Assembly (NCBI GenBank): GCA_934141445.1
Contig: CAKPCF010000004.1
Span: forward strand, 15,526 to 79,525
DNA length: 64,000 nt
DNA from: an uncultured Clostridia bacterium
GTDB taxonomy: Bacteria > Bacillota > Clostridia > TANB77 > CAG-508
Reading direction: 5' to 3'
How positions within the stretch are numbered: position 1 is the stretch's first letter; every line of letters begins with the position of its first letter. This document shows positions 28,450 through 38,534 of this stretch, one piece after another. The translations under genes and the position numbers were made by a program. A model generated the notes under the pieces. The model saw only the letters and a list, made by a program, of their open reading frames with translations. It was not told the origin of the DNA and did no database searches.

Positions 28450-29505
28450 CTACCCTATTAAATTGTAATGTATAACAACATACAATATAAAATATACAAT
28501 ACAAGGTATACAGCAAATTCCACTTTTCACTACATATGATATTTCTTTATCTTTAAAAGCAAAAATAACTGCTAAGCTTAATAAAGTTATAGCTGGTAAA
28601 CCTATTCCCATTGATGTTGTTAATACCCCAGCAAAAATTATCATACCTAATAATATACAAGATATTATATCAAAATTATTCTTTAATGCTTTTATAAATA
28701 AAAGCCATACACATGGGATTATTATATTTCCTAATACTGCTTTTCCCTGCCAAATCCTAAATAATAGAAATGTAAAATTTGTCCTTTTCGAAAAATTTCC
28801 CCACATATACAAAAAGCATAACATTATAAGAAATATAATTGTAGCTTTTTTATTCTTGCTAAATAGTTCTTCTGCAATTAACCCATATATTAAATATACG
28901 ATTGGAATTAAAACTGCTGGCAAAATTGTATGTGCAACAATTGCTGGACTTATGCAAATCAATTTTGATATTAATGCTATATATATAGGAAATGGTCCTA
29001 CTACATATCTTATTGGTAACTTTCCATATTCCAAACCTGTTGAACCATCATATTTAAACATTGAATTAGTATAAACAGTTGTTGTTGCTGTTCCAACATA
29101 AAAAGCATCATCATCATCTATATGTGCATATTTTACAAGAGCAAATGATTGTACTCCTATCAAAATAACTAATATTATTGTTAAGATCTTAGGCATTTCT
29201 TTAATACTATTCTTTGTATCACTACATATATTATCTATATTTTCCTTATTTCTAGAAATTGATATTATACTTAAAACTACAGAAATAACAATATATATAA
29301 CAACAAAAGTCATAAAACTTGCTTTCAAAAAAATCAATGGTACTGCTATAATTTCAGAAATCGCAAAATTATATAAATATCCTAAAACAAATGCTAAGAT
29401 TAAATTACTTTTTTCATTTTTAAAGAAACTCGTAAAAAACATACCAACTAATAAAGGAATAATAAACATTGTTAAAATAAATAGTATTAGTTTTACAAAT
29501 ATCAT
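28450..29505 (-). CDS. Polytopic membrane protein (GT-C/EpsG-like candidate)
   Basis: 351 aa with about 10 TM helices and an acidic loop HIDDDDAFY after TM4. Assigned only by glycan-locus context. Confidence 0.4.
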   Translation of the reverse strand: MIFVKLILFILTMFIIPLLVGMFFTSFFKNEKSNLILAFVLGYLYNFAISEIIAVPLIFLKASFMTFVVIYIVISVVLSIISISRNKENIDNICSDTKNSIKEMPKILTIILVILIGVQSFALVKYAHIDDDDAFYVGTATTTVYTNSMFKYDGSTGLEYGKLPIRYVVGPFPIYIALISKLICISPAIVAHTILPAVLIPIVYLIYGLIAEELFSKNKKATIIFLIMLCFLYMWGNFSKRTNFTFLLFRIWQGKAVLGNIIIPCVWLLFIKALKNNFDIISCILLGMIIFAGVLTTSMGIGLPAITLLSLAVIFAFKDKEISYVVKSGICCIPCIVYFILYVVIHYNLIG

Positions 29506-29517
29506 ACAATTATCTCC

Positions 29518-30804
29518 TTATTCAACTTTTTTACAATTTGAATGTAATATCGGTAAAGTAACAAAAGTGATAATACAAATCAAATCTACAATACCTATTG
29601 AAAATCTTCCTATACTTTCAGAAAACATATATAGCATGCTTGAAATTTCAAATGATATGTATAATCTTTTATACTTATTTTCCAAATTACTTTTTATAAT
29701 AGTTTTAAATACATTTCCATATATAAAAACAATATATAATACTTCTATTATTCCTCCTGACACAAGTGCTTCAATAAAAGTATTATGAAATTGTGTAAAT
29801 CTATCTCCTCTTGCTTTAATAGCCTTTATGCCATTAAATCTGCCATAACCAAGAAGCATTGTCAATAAACTAGTACTTGCAAGAGTAATTGCTAGACTCC
29901 ACAAATTTGTTCTTCCTGAGAGTGTTTTTAGTGAAGCTGGTCTAATATATGTTTCTTTTAATTCAACTAAAATTTTACTACAAATATTAGGTGCAATTTT
30001 TGAAAATCCAATAAAAATAATCATACCAGCAATCATTATTAACATAGCAATTTCTATTTTATCAGATAACTTAATTTTATCTGTTGAAACAAAAAACATA
30101 AACATAAATAAAAATACAATTAACATTGCCGTTCTTGATAAAGCTATCACAACATTAAATATAAATATTCCCAAAAACACTTTATATTTAATATCTTTAT
30201 TTTTTAGAATAAGCAACATATCCATTGCAATTCCTATATAAATAAAAAATGAAAATTGATTTCTATTTGCAAAAAATCCTTTAAAAACTTGGAAATTTTT
30301 TCTAAATTCACCTTTAAAAAAGCTATTAAATAATTCTCTTGAATAGAAAATCATATTAAATAAACAAGCAACTAATATGATATATACAATTCCTTTTACT
30401 AAAATAAATATTTTTTCTTCTTTTACTTTTACATCTAGCATCAATATATAAAAAGAAAATATTGTTGCGAATTTACAAGCAATGTCCAAAATATCCATAA
30501 ACATATTTTCTTTAAAAACTACAATTTCTAAAATTCTTATAGTAAATTGTACTAATGATATTATAGATAAAAGTAATAAATTTAACTTTCCTTTTTTAGT
30601 TACTTTTAATTCTTTATAAAAAATTAAAAACATTAAAATACATTGTACAGCAAAAGCACTTATTATAAATATTGTACTTGCACCACATGATTTTTTAGTT
30701 AGTGCATTTGGAATCGCAAGTGGAAGTAAGTTTATCACAACAATTACTAATAAATATATTGGTAAATTATCTATATTTATCTTATTCTTTAACTTTTCTA
30801 ACAT
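29518..30804 (-). CDS. O-antigen ligase/polymerase family protein (Wzy-like), locus A
   Basis: Polytopic, with a Wzy_C-like segment: GRTNLW...GYGRF...FHNTFIEALVSGGIIE. Confidence 0.7.
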   Translation of the reverse strand: MLEKLKNKINIDNLPIYLLVIVVINLLPLAIPNALTKKSCGASTIFIISAFAVQCILMFLIFYKELKVTKKGKLNLLLLSIISLVQFTIRILEIVVFKENMFMDILDIACKFATIFSFYILMLDVKVKEEKIFILVKGIVYIILVACLFNMIFYSRELFNSFFKGEFRKNFQVFKGFFANRNQFSFFIYIGIAMDMLLILKNKDIKYKVFLGIFIFNVVIALSRTAMLIVFLFMFMFFVSTDKIKLSDKIEIAMLIMIAGMIIFIGFSKIAPNICSKILVELKETYIRPASLKTLSGRTNLWSLAITLASTSLLTMLLGYGRFNGIKAIKARGDRFTQFHNTFIEALVSGGIIEVLYIVFIYGNVFKTIIKSNLENKYKRLYISFEISSMLYMFSESIGRFSIGIVDLICIITFVTLPILHSNCKKVE

Positions 30805-32026
30805 TTTTTTCCTCCATTTTTTTAGCTTGTACTAATAGAACATTAAATATAATCCATAACACCATTTTTGATGCTAAATTTGCTATTGTAAATCCAATTA
30901 GTCCATTTGTTTTACTAAGTCCATATCCTAAAATAATAAATACTATAAAATATCCAATATACGAATATAGAATTTTCTTAGTATTAGTAAATTTTAATAG
31001 CACAGATTTTATAAGTGTTGAAGCAGTTGCAAAACCTGAACTTAAAGCAATTGGTATTATTAAAATCTTTGAAGCATCTAAATATTGCGAATACAAAATT
31101 CTAAGTGCTATATAAGTAAGTGGCATAGATAATATTGTAACTCCCAATATAACTGGTATATTAGAAAGTAATGTCATTTTAAATATTTTTGATTTATCAT
31201 CACCTTTTTTTATATTTGAAACCCATGAAAGAATTACACTTGACATTGGATTTGTAATTAGACTAGTTATTTTTGCCATTGAATTAACTGCATAATAAAC
31301 TGCTACTGATGCTGAACCAAGTATTGGATATATTAAAAATTTATCAAAATAATTCATTAAATTAGTAAGTAATGATACACTTCCAAGTTCAGAAAAGCTT
31401 TTATATGTATTTTTTATTTCTTCTGTTTTTGCTAATTTCATTTTTAATAAATCACTGTTTTTCAATGCATATACAAGTGATAATAGTTCTGGAATTAGCA
31501 TTATTAAATAGATATTGTTGAAAAATTTGAATACTATTAAACTAATTACTATTCCTACAAAATAACAGATATTTTGTAAGATAACTTTTCCAAATTTTTT
31601 TTGCAATCTGTAATAACAAGTTGCATATAATCTAACATTTGCCATCAATATAGTTAAAACTAGAATAACACTTCCTAAAACAGAATATTTTAAATATATT
31701 AGTATTGGCATTGCAATTACAGCAATTATTGGAGAAATTGTTACTAAAATTCTAGTAAAATCACCTACTATATTTTTCTCTTTATATTCACTGTCTCGAA
31801 TTAGTCTAACATTGCCAAGTTCTCCGCCTGTGACATTACAAATAACATTTAATACAGATATATATAAAACAATGCTTGAATATACAGCATCATCAACTGA
31901 TTTTGCAAGTATTGGTAATAATAATATTTGCTGAGCTACAATGTATATGCCAAATCCAATCATATTCAATACCATATCAGATAAAAAACTTTTGTATTTA
32001 TTTATCAATTTTTTTATAAAATTCAT
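30782..32026 (-). CDS. Oligosaccharide flippase (Wzx-like), locus A
   Basis: 414 aa with about 12 TM helices and an N-terminal pattern typical of polysaccharide-biosynthesis/MOP flippases. Confidence 0.65.
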   Translation of the reverse strand: MNFIKKLINKYKSFLSDMVLNMIGFGIYIVAQQILLLPILAKSVDDAVYSSIVLYISVLNVICNVTGGELGNVRLIRDSEYKEKNIVGDFTRILVTISPIIAVIAMPILIYLKYSVLGSVILVLTILMANVRLYATCYYRLQKKFGKVILQNICYFVGIVISLIVFKFFNNIYLIMLIPELLSLVYALKNSDLLKMKLAKTEEIKNTYKSFSELGSVSLLTNLMNYFDKFLIYPILGSASVAVYYAVNSMAKITSLITNPMSSVILSWVSNIKKGDDKSKIFKMTLLSNIPVILGVTILSMPLTYIALRILYSQYLDASKILIIPIALSSGFATASTLIKSVLLKFTNTKKILYSYIGYFIVFIILGYGLSKTNGLIGFTIANLASKMVLWIIFNVLLVQAKKMEEKNVRKVKE

Positions 32027-32029
32027 ATA

Positions 32030-33241
32030 TTATTCCTCTATAATTTTAAAAATTTCTTTATATGTACTCTTTCTTTCAAATTTTTCTTGTGCTAATTTTC
32101 TATTATTATTTCCTTTTTGCTTTTTTAAATTTTCATCATTATATAAAATTTTTATTTTTTCTGCAATATCATCAACATTATCATTTGAGCAATTAAATCC
32201 GATATTATAATCTTCTACTATTTTTTTGTATTCTTCACATTCTTGAGTATTTATAACTGGTAGTCCTGCTGCAGCATAATCACCAACTTTATTTATAATG
32301 CTTCCAGCAGAACCTTTATTTATTGGGTTAACAGCAACATCACAATTGCACAATCTGCCGACCATTACAGGATATTCTAATCTACCATAAAATTCTGCTT
32401 TTATATCTTTTTCCTTAGCATAATTTTCAAATTCATTTGCCAAAGGACCATTTCCCATAACTTCAAATTTGATATTATCTATTCCTTCATCTTTTATTTT
32501 TTTTATTGCATCTATAATAACTTTTATATTATAGCTATGACCTAATGTTCCTATATAGGCAATTCTAAATAAATTATCAAAATATACTATTTCATTTTCT
32601 TTTTTGCATTTATCAAAATATCCTAAATCTGTTCCTAAAAATACGCTCTTCTTATTTTTAGCAATTTTATTTACTCTTGCTGCTCGATTTGCATAAGTTT
32701 CAGATACCGCAATAATGTCATTTGCATGTGAATAAATATAGTCAGCCTTCTTTTGCATTGGATAAAATATTAAATTACTTATAATAGGAATATTAAATAC
32801 CATTTTAAAAGCTTCTGGCCATAAATCTTGAACATCTATTATAAATTTAATATTATTTTTCTTTGCAAATTTTGCAGCAACTTTTGCAACATCTAAAGAA
32901 GGAACTGCACAATAAATAATGTCTGGCTTTTCAACATTTTCTAAATATTTTTTTGCATTTTTAGCAAATATATAATGGCTATAGAATCTCTTTAATGAAA
33001 TATTTTTAGGATATCCTGGTTCATCAATTAAAGTAATTTTATAATCTAATTTTTTAGTCCATTCTTCATCATATTTACGTTGCTTTTTTTCGCTATGTAA
33101 GAAACTTGATGTAATGACTTCTAAGTCAACTTTTTCTTTATTTAAATTTTCCGCTATATATGTAAATCTGCTATTACCATTCTCCCAAGGTAATTTCATA
33201 AAATTTGCTATTATAAATACTTTTTTCATAAATTTCTCCAA
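32030..33241 (-). CDS. GT4-family glycosyltransferase
   Basis: GT-B fold pattern. The C-terminal half has the nucleotide-sugar binding region (GSAGSIINKVGDYAAAGLPVI). Confidence 0.75.
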   Translation of the reverse strand: MEKFMKKVFIIANFMKLPWENGNSRFTYIAENLNKEKVDLEVITSSFLHSEKKQRKYDEEWTKKLDYKITLIDEPGYPKNISLKRFYSHYIFAKNAKKYLENVEKPDIIYCAVPSLDVAKVAAKFAKKNNIKFIIDVQDLWPEAFKMVFNIPIISNLIFYPMQKKADYIYSHANDIIAVSETYANRAARVNKIAKNKKSVFLGTDLGYFDKCKKENEIVYFDNLFRIAYIGTLGHSYNIKVIIDAIKKIKDEGIDNIKFEVMGNGPLANEFENYAKEKDIKAEFYGRLEYPVMVGRLCNCDVAVNPINKGSAGSIINKVGDYAAAGLPVINTQECEEYKKIVEDYNIGFNCSNDNVDDIAEKIKILYNDENLKKQKGNNNRKLAQEKFERKSTYKEIFKIIEE

Positions 33242-33244
33242 TTT

Positions 33245-34225
33245 TTATTTTCTATATGCTGGGAAAAATGCTTCGTCTGAATCTACATTTTTGATTTTAC
33301 ATTCTTCATTATAAATTTCTTCATTCCAAATCTTTTTTCCTATATAAAAGTCTGCTTGCTCTAGTTTAGCAAAGCTTCTTTTAAATAAATATAAAGTATC
33401 TTCTTCTGAATTTGAACGACCTCCGCCATGATGAATAGTTTCATAGCCATGCTCTTTTCCCCAAAGAGTTACAGCATATCTTAATATATACGCTGGTGAT
33501 AAATATAAATATTCTGTAAGTGTTCCTGATAAATGAATATGGATTGTTTTATTATAAACAAAATATAAACCAGCAGCTATTGTTTTGCCTTCATAAATTG
33601 CTTCAACTAAAATTACATTATCTCTAAAATATTTCAAAATATTTTCAAAATATTCATCTTTAAAATAATAATAATCAGTAGCATTGTTTCTATCCATTGT
33701 TGAATAATATATTTCTTTAAATACACCTATGTTCTCTGGCTTTTCTGTCACTTTAAATGTAATTCCTTTATTTATAGCTTGTCTAATATTTTTTCTACAG
33801 CTTTTGCTAAATTGTGATTGAATTGGGTCATCATAATCTTTTAAGTTTGTAACTAATGTATTTCTCATATATATTGAATTATAAATTTCTTTAAAATCTA
33901 AAGCATTTTGAACAAGTGGATGAAATCTAATGAATTCACTTATAATATCATGCTCTTTACAAAATTTACTAAATTCTTCTTCATAAGATTTTAATAGTTG
34001 TTCTTTATTATTACATTCTCTAATTACTGGTCCACCATATCCATAAGGTGTCACAATATCATAATAAGTTTTATCATTTACTTTTTCAGGCACTTCTCTT
34101 ATTAAAAATAAATTTGTAATTTTTCCAAACTCATTTTCTAAAACAAATTCATAAGCTTTCCCATTTTCTATTTTTTCATATAATTTTGCATAATTTTTAT
34201 CAAAATATATATCTAGTTCATCCAT
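33245..34225 (-). CDS. FemAB-like / GNAT-fold aminoacyl- or acyl-transferase
   Basis: TPYGYGGP motif, duplicated GNAT-like halves, and a length of about 330 aa, as in FemX-like peptidyl/aminoacyl transferases. Confidence 0.6.
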   Translation of the reverse strand: MDELDIYFDKNYAKLYEKIENGKAYEFVLENEFGKITNLFLIREVPEKVNDKTYYDIVTPYGYGGPVIRECNNKEQLLKSYEEEFSKFCKEHDIISEFIRFHPLVQNALDFKEIYNSIYMRNTLVTNLKDYDDPIQSQFSKSCRKNIRQAINKGITFKVTEKPENIGVFKEIYYSTMDRNNATDYYYFKDEYFENILKYFRDNVILVEAIYEGKTIAAGLYFVYNKTIHIHLSGTLTEYLYLSPAYILRYAVTLWGKEHGYETIHHGGGRSNSEEDTLYLFKRSFAKLEQADFYIGKKIWNEEIYNEECKIKNVDSDEAFFPAYRK

Positions 34226-34256
34226 TTAAAGTTTTATCCTTTCTATATTTAAAAAT

Positions 34257-35312
34257 CTAAATAAAAAAATTTACAATGATTTTTAAATACTCTTCTATTT
34301 CTTTTTTGGTATATCTTTGGTCACATATTAAAGATAGTTCCTTGTTAAAAATATTATTCAAATTTTGGTCTAATGGCCAATGTATTGGACAATAAACTTG
34401 ATTTTCTATTAGTATTTTTCTTAGGTTATTTCTTAAATTTTCTTGTAAAATAATTGGTACAAACAAAGGACAATCTTCATTTAACAAATTATTTACTAAA
34501 AATCTAATTTCTTTAATATCCTTTAATTTTTCATATATAATTTTAGCATTTTCTCTGCGACTATTTTGAATTTTCTCAATATCAAGCCCCATAAGAATTT
34601 TATAAGAATTTTCATCTATTCTATAATTTTTATAATCTTCTGATAAAATTTCATTGCTTTTTGAAAATTCATTTAAAAAATTCTGTTTTATAGATGTATC
34701 AATATTTTCGATATAATCTTTTTTCTGTGACATAGCAGTTCTCTTTGAAGTAATCAAATTTTGGTTAGTTTCAATACATTCTTGTATTTTAAAATCTTTT
34801 TCCATAGAAATAGCTATTCCACCACTAGCAATAGGAAACCATTTTCTTAAACTTCCTACAAGATAGTCTGAATAAACACTATATTTTTTTTCAGAAAGTA
34901 TACTGTGTGTTATATCCTCTATAACAGTTATTCCTCTATCTTTGAATTTTTTAATGTAGTTTTCCATATTGGTAGCAGTATATCCAAAATAGTTCATTGC
35001 AAAAAATATGTCACAATCTTTCTCTGTATCAATATTATATTTTAAAGAATCCTCAAAAGCAACATCATAATATTCAACCTTTATATCTGATTCTAAAAAT
35101 GGTTGTGCCATTGAATGACAACTATATGATGGTAAATACACCTTCTCTACTTTCTGTTTCTTTAATATTTCTTGTAATACGAAATATATTGCTGTTCTGC
35201 CAGATAATAAGAATTTTCTATCTTTTCCTATATTCCAAAATTTAGTATTATCAGAAAGTAATTCACCATCATATTGCCAAAATTCACTTCCTATTTCCAT
35301 TAAGCTCTCCAA
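34257..35312 (-). CDS. Divergent DegT/DnrJ/EryC1-fold PLP-dependent enzyme
   Basis: GRTAIYFVL near the N-terminus and a candidate PLP lysine in GSLRKWFPIASGGIA, which parallels FSFNGNKIITTSGGGM in the canonical DegT enzyme at 37317. Confidence 0.5.
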   Translation of the reverse strand: MESLMEIGSEFWQYDGELLSDNTKFWNIGKDRKFLLSGRTAIYFVLQEILKKQKVEKVYLPSYSCHSMAQPFLESDIKVEYYDVAFEDSLKYNIDTEKDCDIFFAMNYFGYTATNMENYIKKFKDRGITVIEDITHSILSEKKYSVYSDYLVGSLRKWFPIASGGIAISMEKDFKIQECIETNQNLITSKRTAMSQKKDYIENIDTSIKQNFLNEFSKSNEILSEDYKNYRIDENSYKILMGLDIEKIQNSRRENAKIIYEKLKDIKEIRFLVNNLLNEDCPLFVPIILQENLRNNLRKILIENQVYCPIHWPLDQNLNNIFNKELSLICDQRYTKKEIEEYLKIIVNFFI

Positions 35313-36568
35313 TCTATTAAAGCTTCAATTATATTATTTGAAAAGCAAGCTATATTCTTGTTTTTTCTAACATTTTCTTTTAACTTTTCATCATTTGAAA
35401 GTAATATACAATTTCCTTTTAGTTCATCAATAAATTTTTCTCTAGAAATTTCTATAATATTCTCAAATATTTTAGGACATGTTGTATGTTGTTTTAGAAA
35501 AGCTACTGCTTTTTCTTTGTTCTCTGTTAATAAATTTTTAACAATATTTTTATTTGCTAATTGATAGATATACATCATTAGCATTGTATTTATTTTTTCT
35601 TTGCTTTCAAAACAAGTCTCAAAATCAATATATACAGTATCATACTCGATTCCTAAACTATATTTACCAAAAAATTGTTTGTCAGCTTCTATACTAATAT
35701 TATTAAAAGATACTTCAACATCTTGACCATCAAAATCTTTTAATGCTAGTAGTGGTAAATTAACATCTAAGCATCTACTCAAACTAAAAGCCCCTGGTAA
35801 TCTAGTTGCAATTTCTAATAGTTTAAATTTTCCATTAACATCTTTCTTAATTTGAAAGAACCAATATCCGCGAAATTCTATCTCTTTATTTATACCTTTT
35901 GCAATATTTTCAATTTCTTCTGATAACTCTATTCTACGAGCATGAACATCAATTCCAGCAAGTATTCTGTCTGCTACTCTTGGATTACAAAATAACAATT
36001 TCCCATTTTTATTTGTAAAGCAATCAACTGTAACTTCTTCGCCTGGTAAATACTCGCAAATAATCATATCTTCATCATGTACATGATTTGCTAGCTCTTC
36101 ACTATTATCTATTTTATATGCATGTCTTGCGCCTTGGTCTGTATCTTTTTTCATAAAAACTGGAAATTCTTTTACTTCTTCAAATTTGAATGTTTTAGGT
36201 ACAAAATCATATTTTTCTAATTTTTTATAAGTTTTTGACTTGTATCTACAAAGCAATGCTGTTTCATATTTTGAACAAACAATTGTAGCATTTATTTTAT
36301 CACTATTTTTTTGTAAAAATACTGCCAAATCTTCATGTGGTGCTAATATAAATTTAAAATCATATTCCTTAATTTTTTTATTTAATATATCTATAAAATT
36401 TGGAGCACTTATATTAGGAATATCATCAATATAGTTTTTATAAACATATACACCATGGTTTTTATTAGTTGAAGCACCCCAGATTTCAAACTCTTTATTA
36501 TCTCTTAAAGCCATATTTATATCTGTTGAAGCAAGTGTACCACAATTTAAAACTAAAACTCTTTTCAT
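35300..36568 (-). CDS. ATP-grasp domain protein
   Basis: Pre-ATP-grasp Rossmann start (VLVLNCG), a central PVFMK..DQGARH region, and EYLPGEEVTVD, typical of ATP-grasp ligases. Confidence 0.65.
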   Translation of the reverse strand: MKRVLVLNCGTLASTDINMALRDNKEFEIWGASTNKNHGVYVYKNYIDDIPNISAPNFIDILNKKIKEYDFKFILAPHEDLAVFLQKNSDKINATIVCSKYETALLCRYKSKTYKKLEKYDFVPKTFKFEEVKEFPVFMKKDTDQGARHAYKIDNSEELANHVHDEDMIICEYLPGEEVTVDCFTNKNGKLLFCNPRVADRILAGIDVHARRIELSEEIENIAKGINKEIEFRGYWFFQIKKDVNGKFKLLEIATRLPGAFSLSRCLDVNLPLLALKDFDGQDVEVSFNNISIEADKQFFGKYSLGIEYDTVYIDFETCFESKEKINTMLMMYIYQLANKNIVKNLLTENKEKAVAFLKQHTTCPKIFENIIEISREKFIDELKGNCILLSNDEKLKENVRKNKNIACFSNNIIEALIDWRA

Positions 36569-36629
36569 ACTCTTTATTTGTTGACTTATAAAAATAAATC
36601 ATACTCTCCTTTTAGTAATTTCTTTAACA

Positions 36630-37274
36630 TTATTTTTCTAACTGTTGTTTTCTATATTCATCAAAATCTATTGTTTTGCCTGTACCTCTAACGCTAATAT
36701 CTTCTTTTTTGAATACTTTTATAAAAGTTTTGAAAAATATTTTTACATCATTTATAAATGTAATATTATTTACATATTCAATATCATAAGCAAATCTATC
36801 TTCCCAATTAAGATTATTTCTACCATTTATCTGTGCTAATCCTGTCAATCCAGGTCTAACATCATGTCTGTGTTTTTCCTTTTCGTTATAATATGGCAAA
36901 TAAGAAACAGCAAGAGGTCTTGGACCAATTAAGCTCATTTCTCCTTTTAAAATATTTACAAGCTCTGGTAATTCATCTAAGCTTGTGCTTCTTAACACTT
37001 TTCCAAATTTTGTTAATCTGTCTTTATCTGGAAGTAAATTTCCATTCTCATCTTTTTTATCTGACATTGATCTAAATTTATACAATGTAAATATTTTTCC
37101 ATCTTTTCCAGGTCTTTTTTGCTTGAAAATTACTGGACTTCCTAATTTAAACCTTACCAAAATTGCAACAATTAAATAAATTGGTGATAAAATTATTATT
37201 GCAATTAAGCTTATTAGAAAATCTAAAATTCTTTTAACATATTTAGCGTACATAATTCTCCTACTTATAATCAT
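36630..37274 (-). CDS. Small monotopic phosphoglycosyl transferase (PglC/EpsL-like sugar transferase)
   Basis: Re-entrant helix LSPIYLIVAIL, then YKFRSM, LDELPEL, LIGPRP, RPGLTGLAQ. The start may be the internal MYAKY. Confidence 0.85.
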   Translation of the reverse strand: MIISRRIMYAKYVKRILDFLISLIAIIILSPIYLIVAILVRFKLGSPVIFKQKRPGKDGKIFTLYKFRSMSDKKDENGNLLPDKDRLTKFGKVLRSTSLDELPELVNILKGEMSLIGPRPLAVSYLPYYNEKEKHRHDVRPGLTGLAQINGRNNLNWEDRFAYDIEYVNNITFINDVKIFFKTFIKVFKKEDISVRGTGKTIDFDEYRKQQLEK

Positions 37275-37316
37275 ATACTAGAAGATTGTTTGGACCTTCT
37301 AGTATATTTTTCATTT

Positions 37317-38450
37317 TTATTCAAATAATTTTTTTATTGTTGATACGATTCTTTCAAAATCTTCTTCAGTTAATTTTGTATCAGAAGGTAAGCAAACACC
37401 TCTGTTAAATAAATCTTCTGAAACTGTTTTTTCTCCATTTTTCACTGTTGTAATAAAATCGTATTTTTCAAATACTGGTTGTAAATGCATTGGTTTCCAA
37501 ACTGGTCTTGATTCAATATTTTCTTTCTCTAAAGCTTCCATTATATCTAATGGTTTTACTTTGCTATTTTCTTTTAAAGTTATTACTGAAAGCCAATGAT
37601 TTGGAACTGTATCTTTTGGAATTGGTTTTATTTCAATATCTGAAATATCTTTAAAAGCTTCTTTATAAGCATTATAAATTTCTGTTTTCTTTGCAATTCT
37701 TTTGTCTAATACTTTTAATTGTCCTCTTCCTATTCCTGCAAGAACATTACTCATTCTATAATTGTATCCAATTTCAGTATGTTGATAATGACGAGCTTTG
37801 TCTCTAGCTTGTGTAGCCCAAAAACGAACTTTTTGTATTCTTTCATCATCATCTGAAACAAGCATTCCACCACCACTAGTTGTAATTATTTTATTTCCAT
37901 TAAATGAAAATACTCCATATTTTCCGAATGTTCCTGTTTCTTTTCCTTTATATGTTGCTCCTAAACTTTCAGCTGCGTCTTCAATTAAAGTTGTATTGTG
38001 TTTTTTGCAAATTTCTACAATTTCATCTAATTTTGCAGGTGTTCCATATAAGTGTACTACTATTACAGCTTTTGGATTTGGATATTTTTCAAAAGCCTTT
38101 TCTAGAGCTTCTGGTGACATATCCCAAGTATTTGGTTCACTATCTATAAATACAGGAGTTGCTCCTTGATAAATTATTGGATTAGCACTTGCTGAAAAAG
38201 TAAGTGATTGACAAAATACAATATCTCCTTTTTCAACTCCAGTTGCTTTTAAAGCCATGTGAATTGCGGCTGTTCCAGCTGAAAGTGCTGCTGCATGTTT
38301 AGCTCCAACATATTCTGCAAGTTCTTCTTCAAATTTGTTTACATTTTCTCCAAGTGGAGCTATCCAATTAGTATCAAAAGCTTCCTTAATAAATTCCTTT
38401 TCATAGCCTTCATCAGACATATGTGGTGAAGATAAATAAATTTTACTCAT
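37317..38450 (-). CDS. DegT/EpsN/PglE-type sugar aminotransferase
   Basis: 377 aa. SSPHM..., and FSFNGNKIITTSGGGML with the PLP lysine. Confidence 0.85.
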   Translation of the reverse strand: MSKIYLSSPHMSDEGYEKEFIKEAFDTNWIAPLGENVNKFEEELAEYVGAKHAAALSAGTAAIHMALKATGVEKGDIVFCQSLTFSASANPIIYQGATPVFIDSEPNTWDMSPEALEKAFEKYPNPKAVIVVHLYGTPAKLDEIVEICKKHNTTLIEDAAESLGATYKGKETGTFGKYGVFSFNGNKIITTSGGGMLVSDDDERIQKVRFWATQARDKARHYQHTEIGYNYRMSNVLAGIGRGQLKVLDKRIAKKTEIYNAYKEAFKDISDIEIKPIPKDTVPNHWLSVITLKENSKVKPLDIMEALEKENIESRPVWKPMHLQPVFEKYDFITTVKNGEKTVSEDLFNRGVCLPSDTKLTEEDFERIVSTIKKLFE

Positions 38451-38534
38451 ATTATTTTCCTCTTTTCTTTTAAAATTTTATATAATTTAAAATCATATTT
38501 TACAAACTAATATCAAAAGTATTACTTAAGTAAT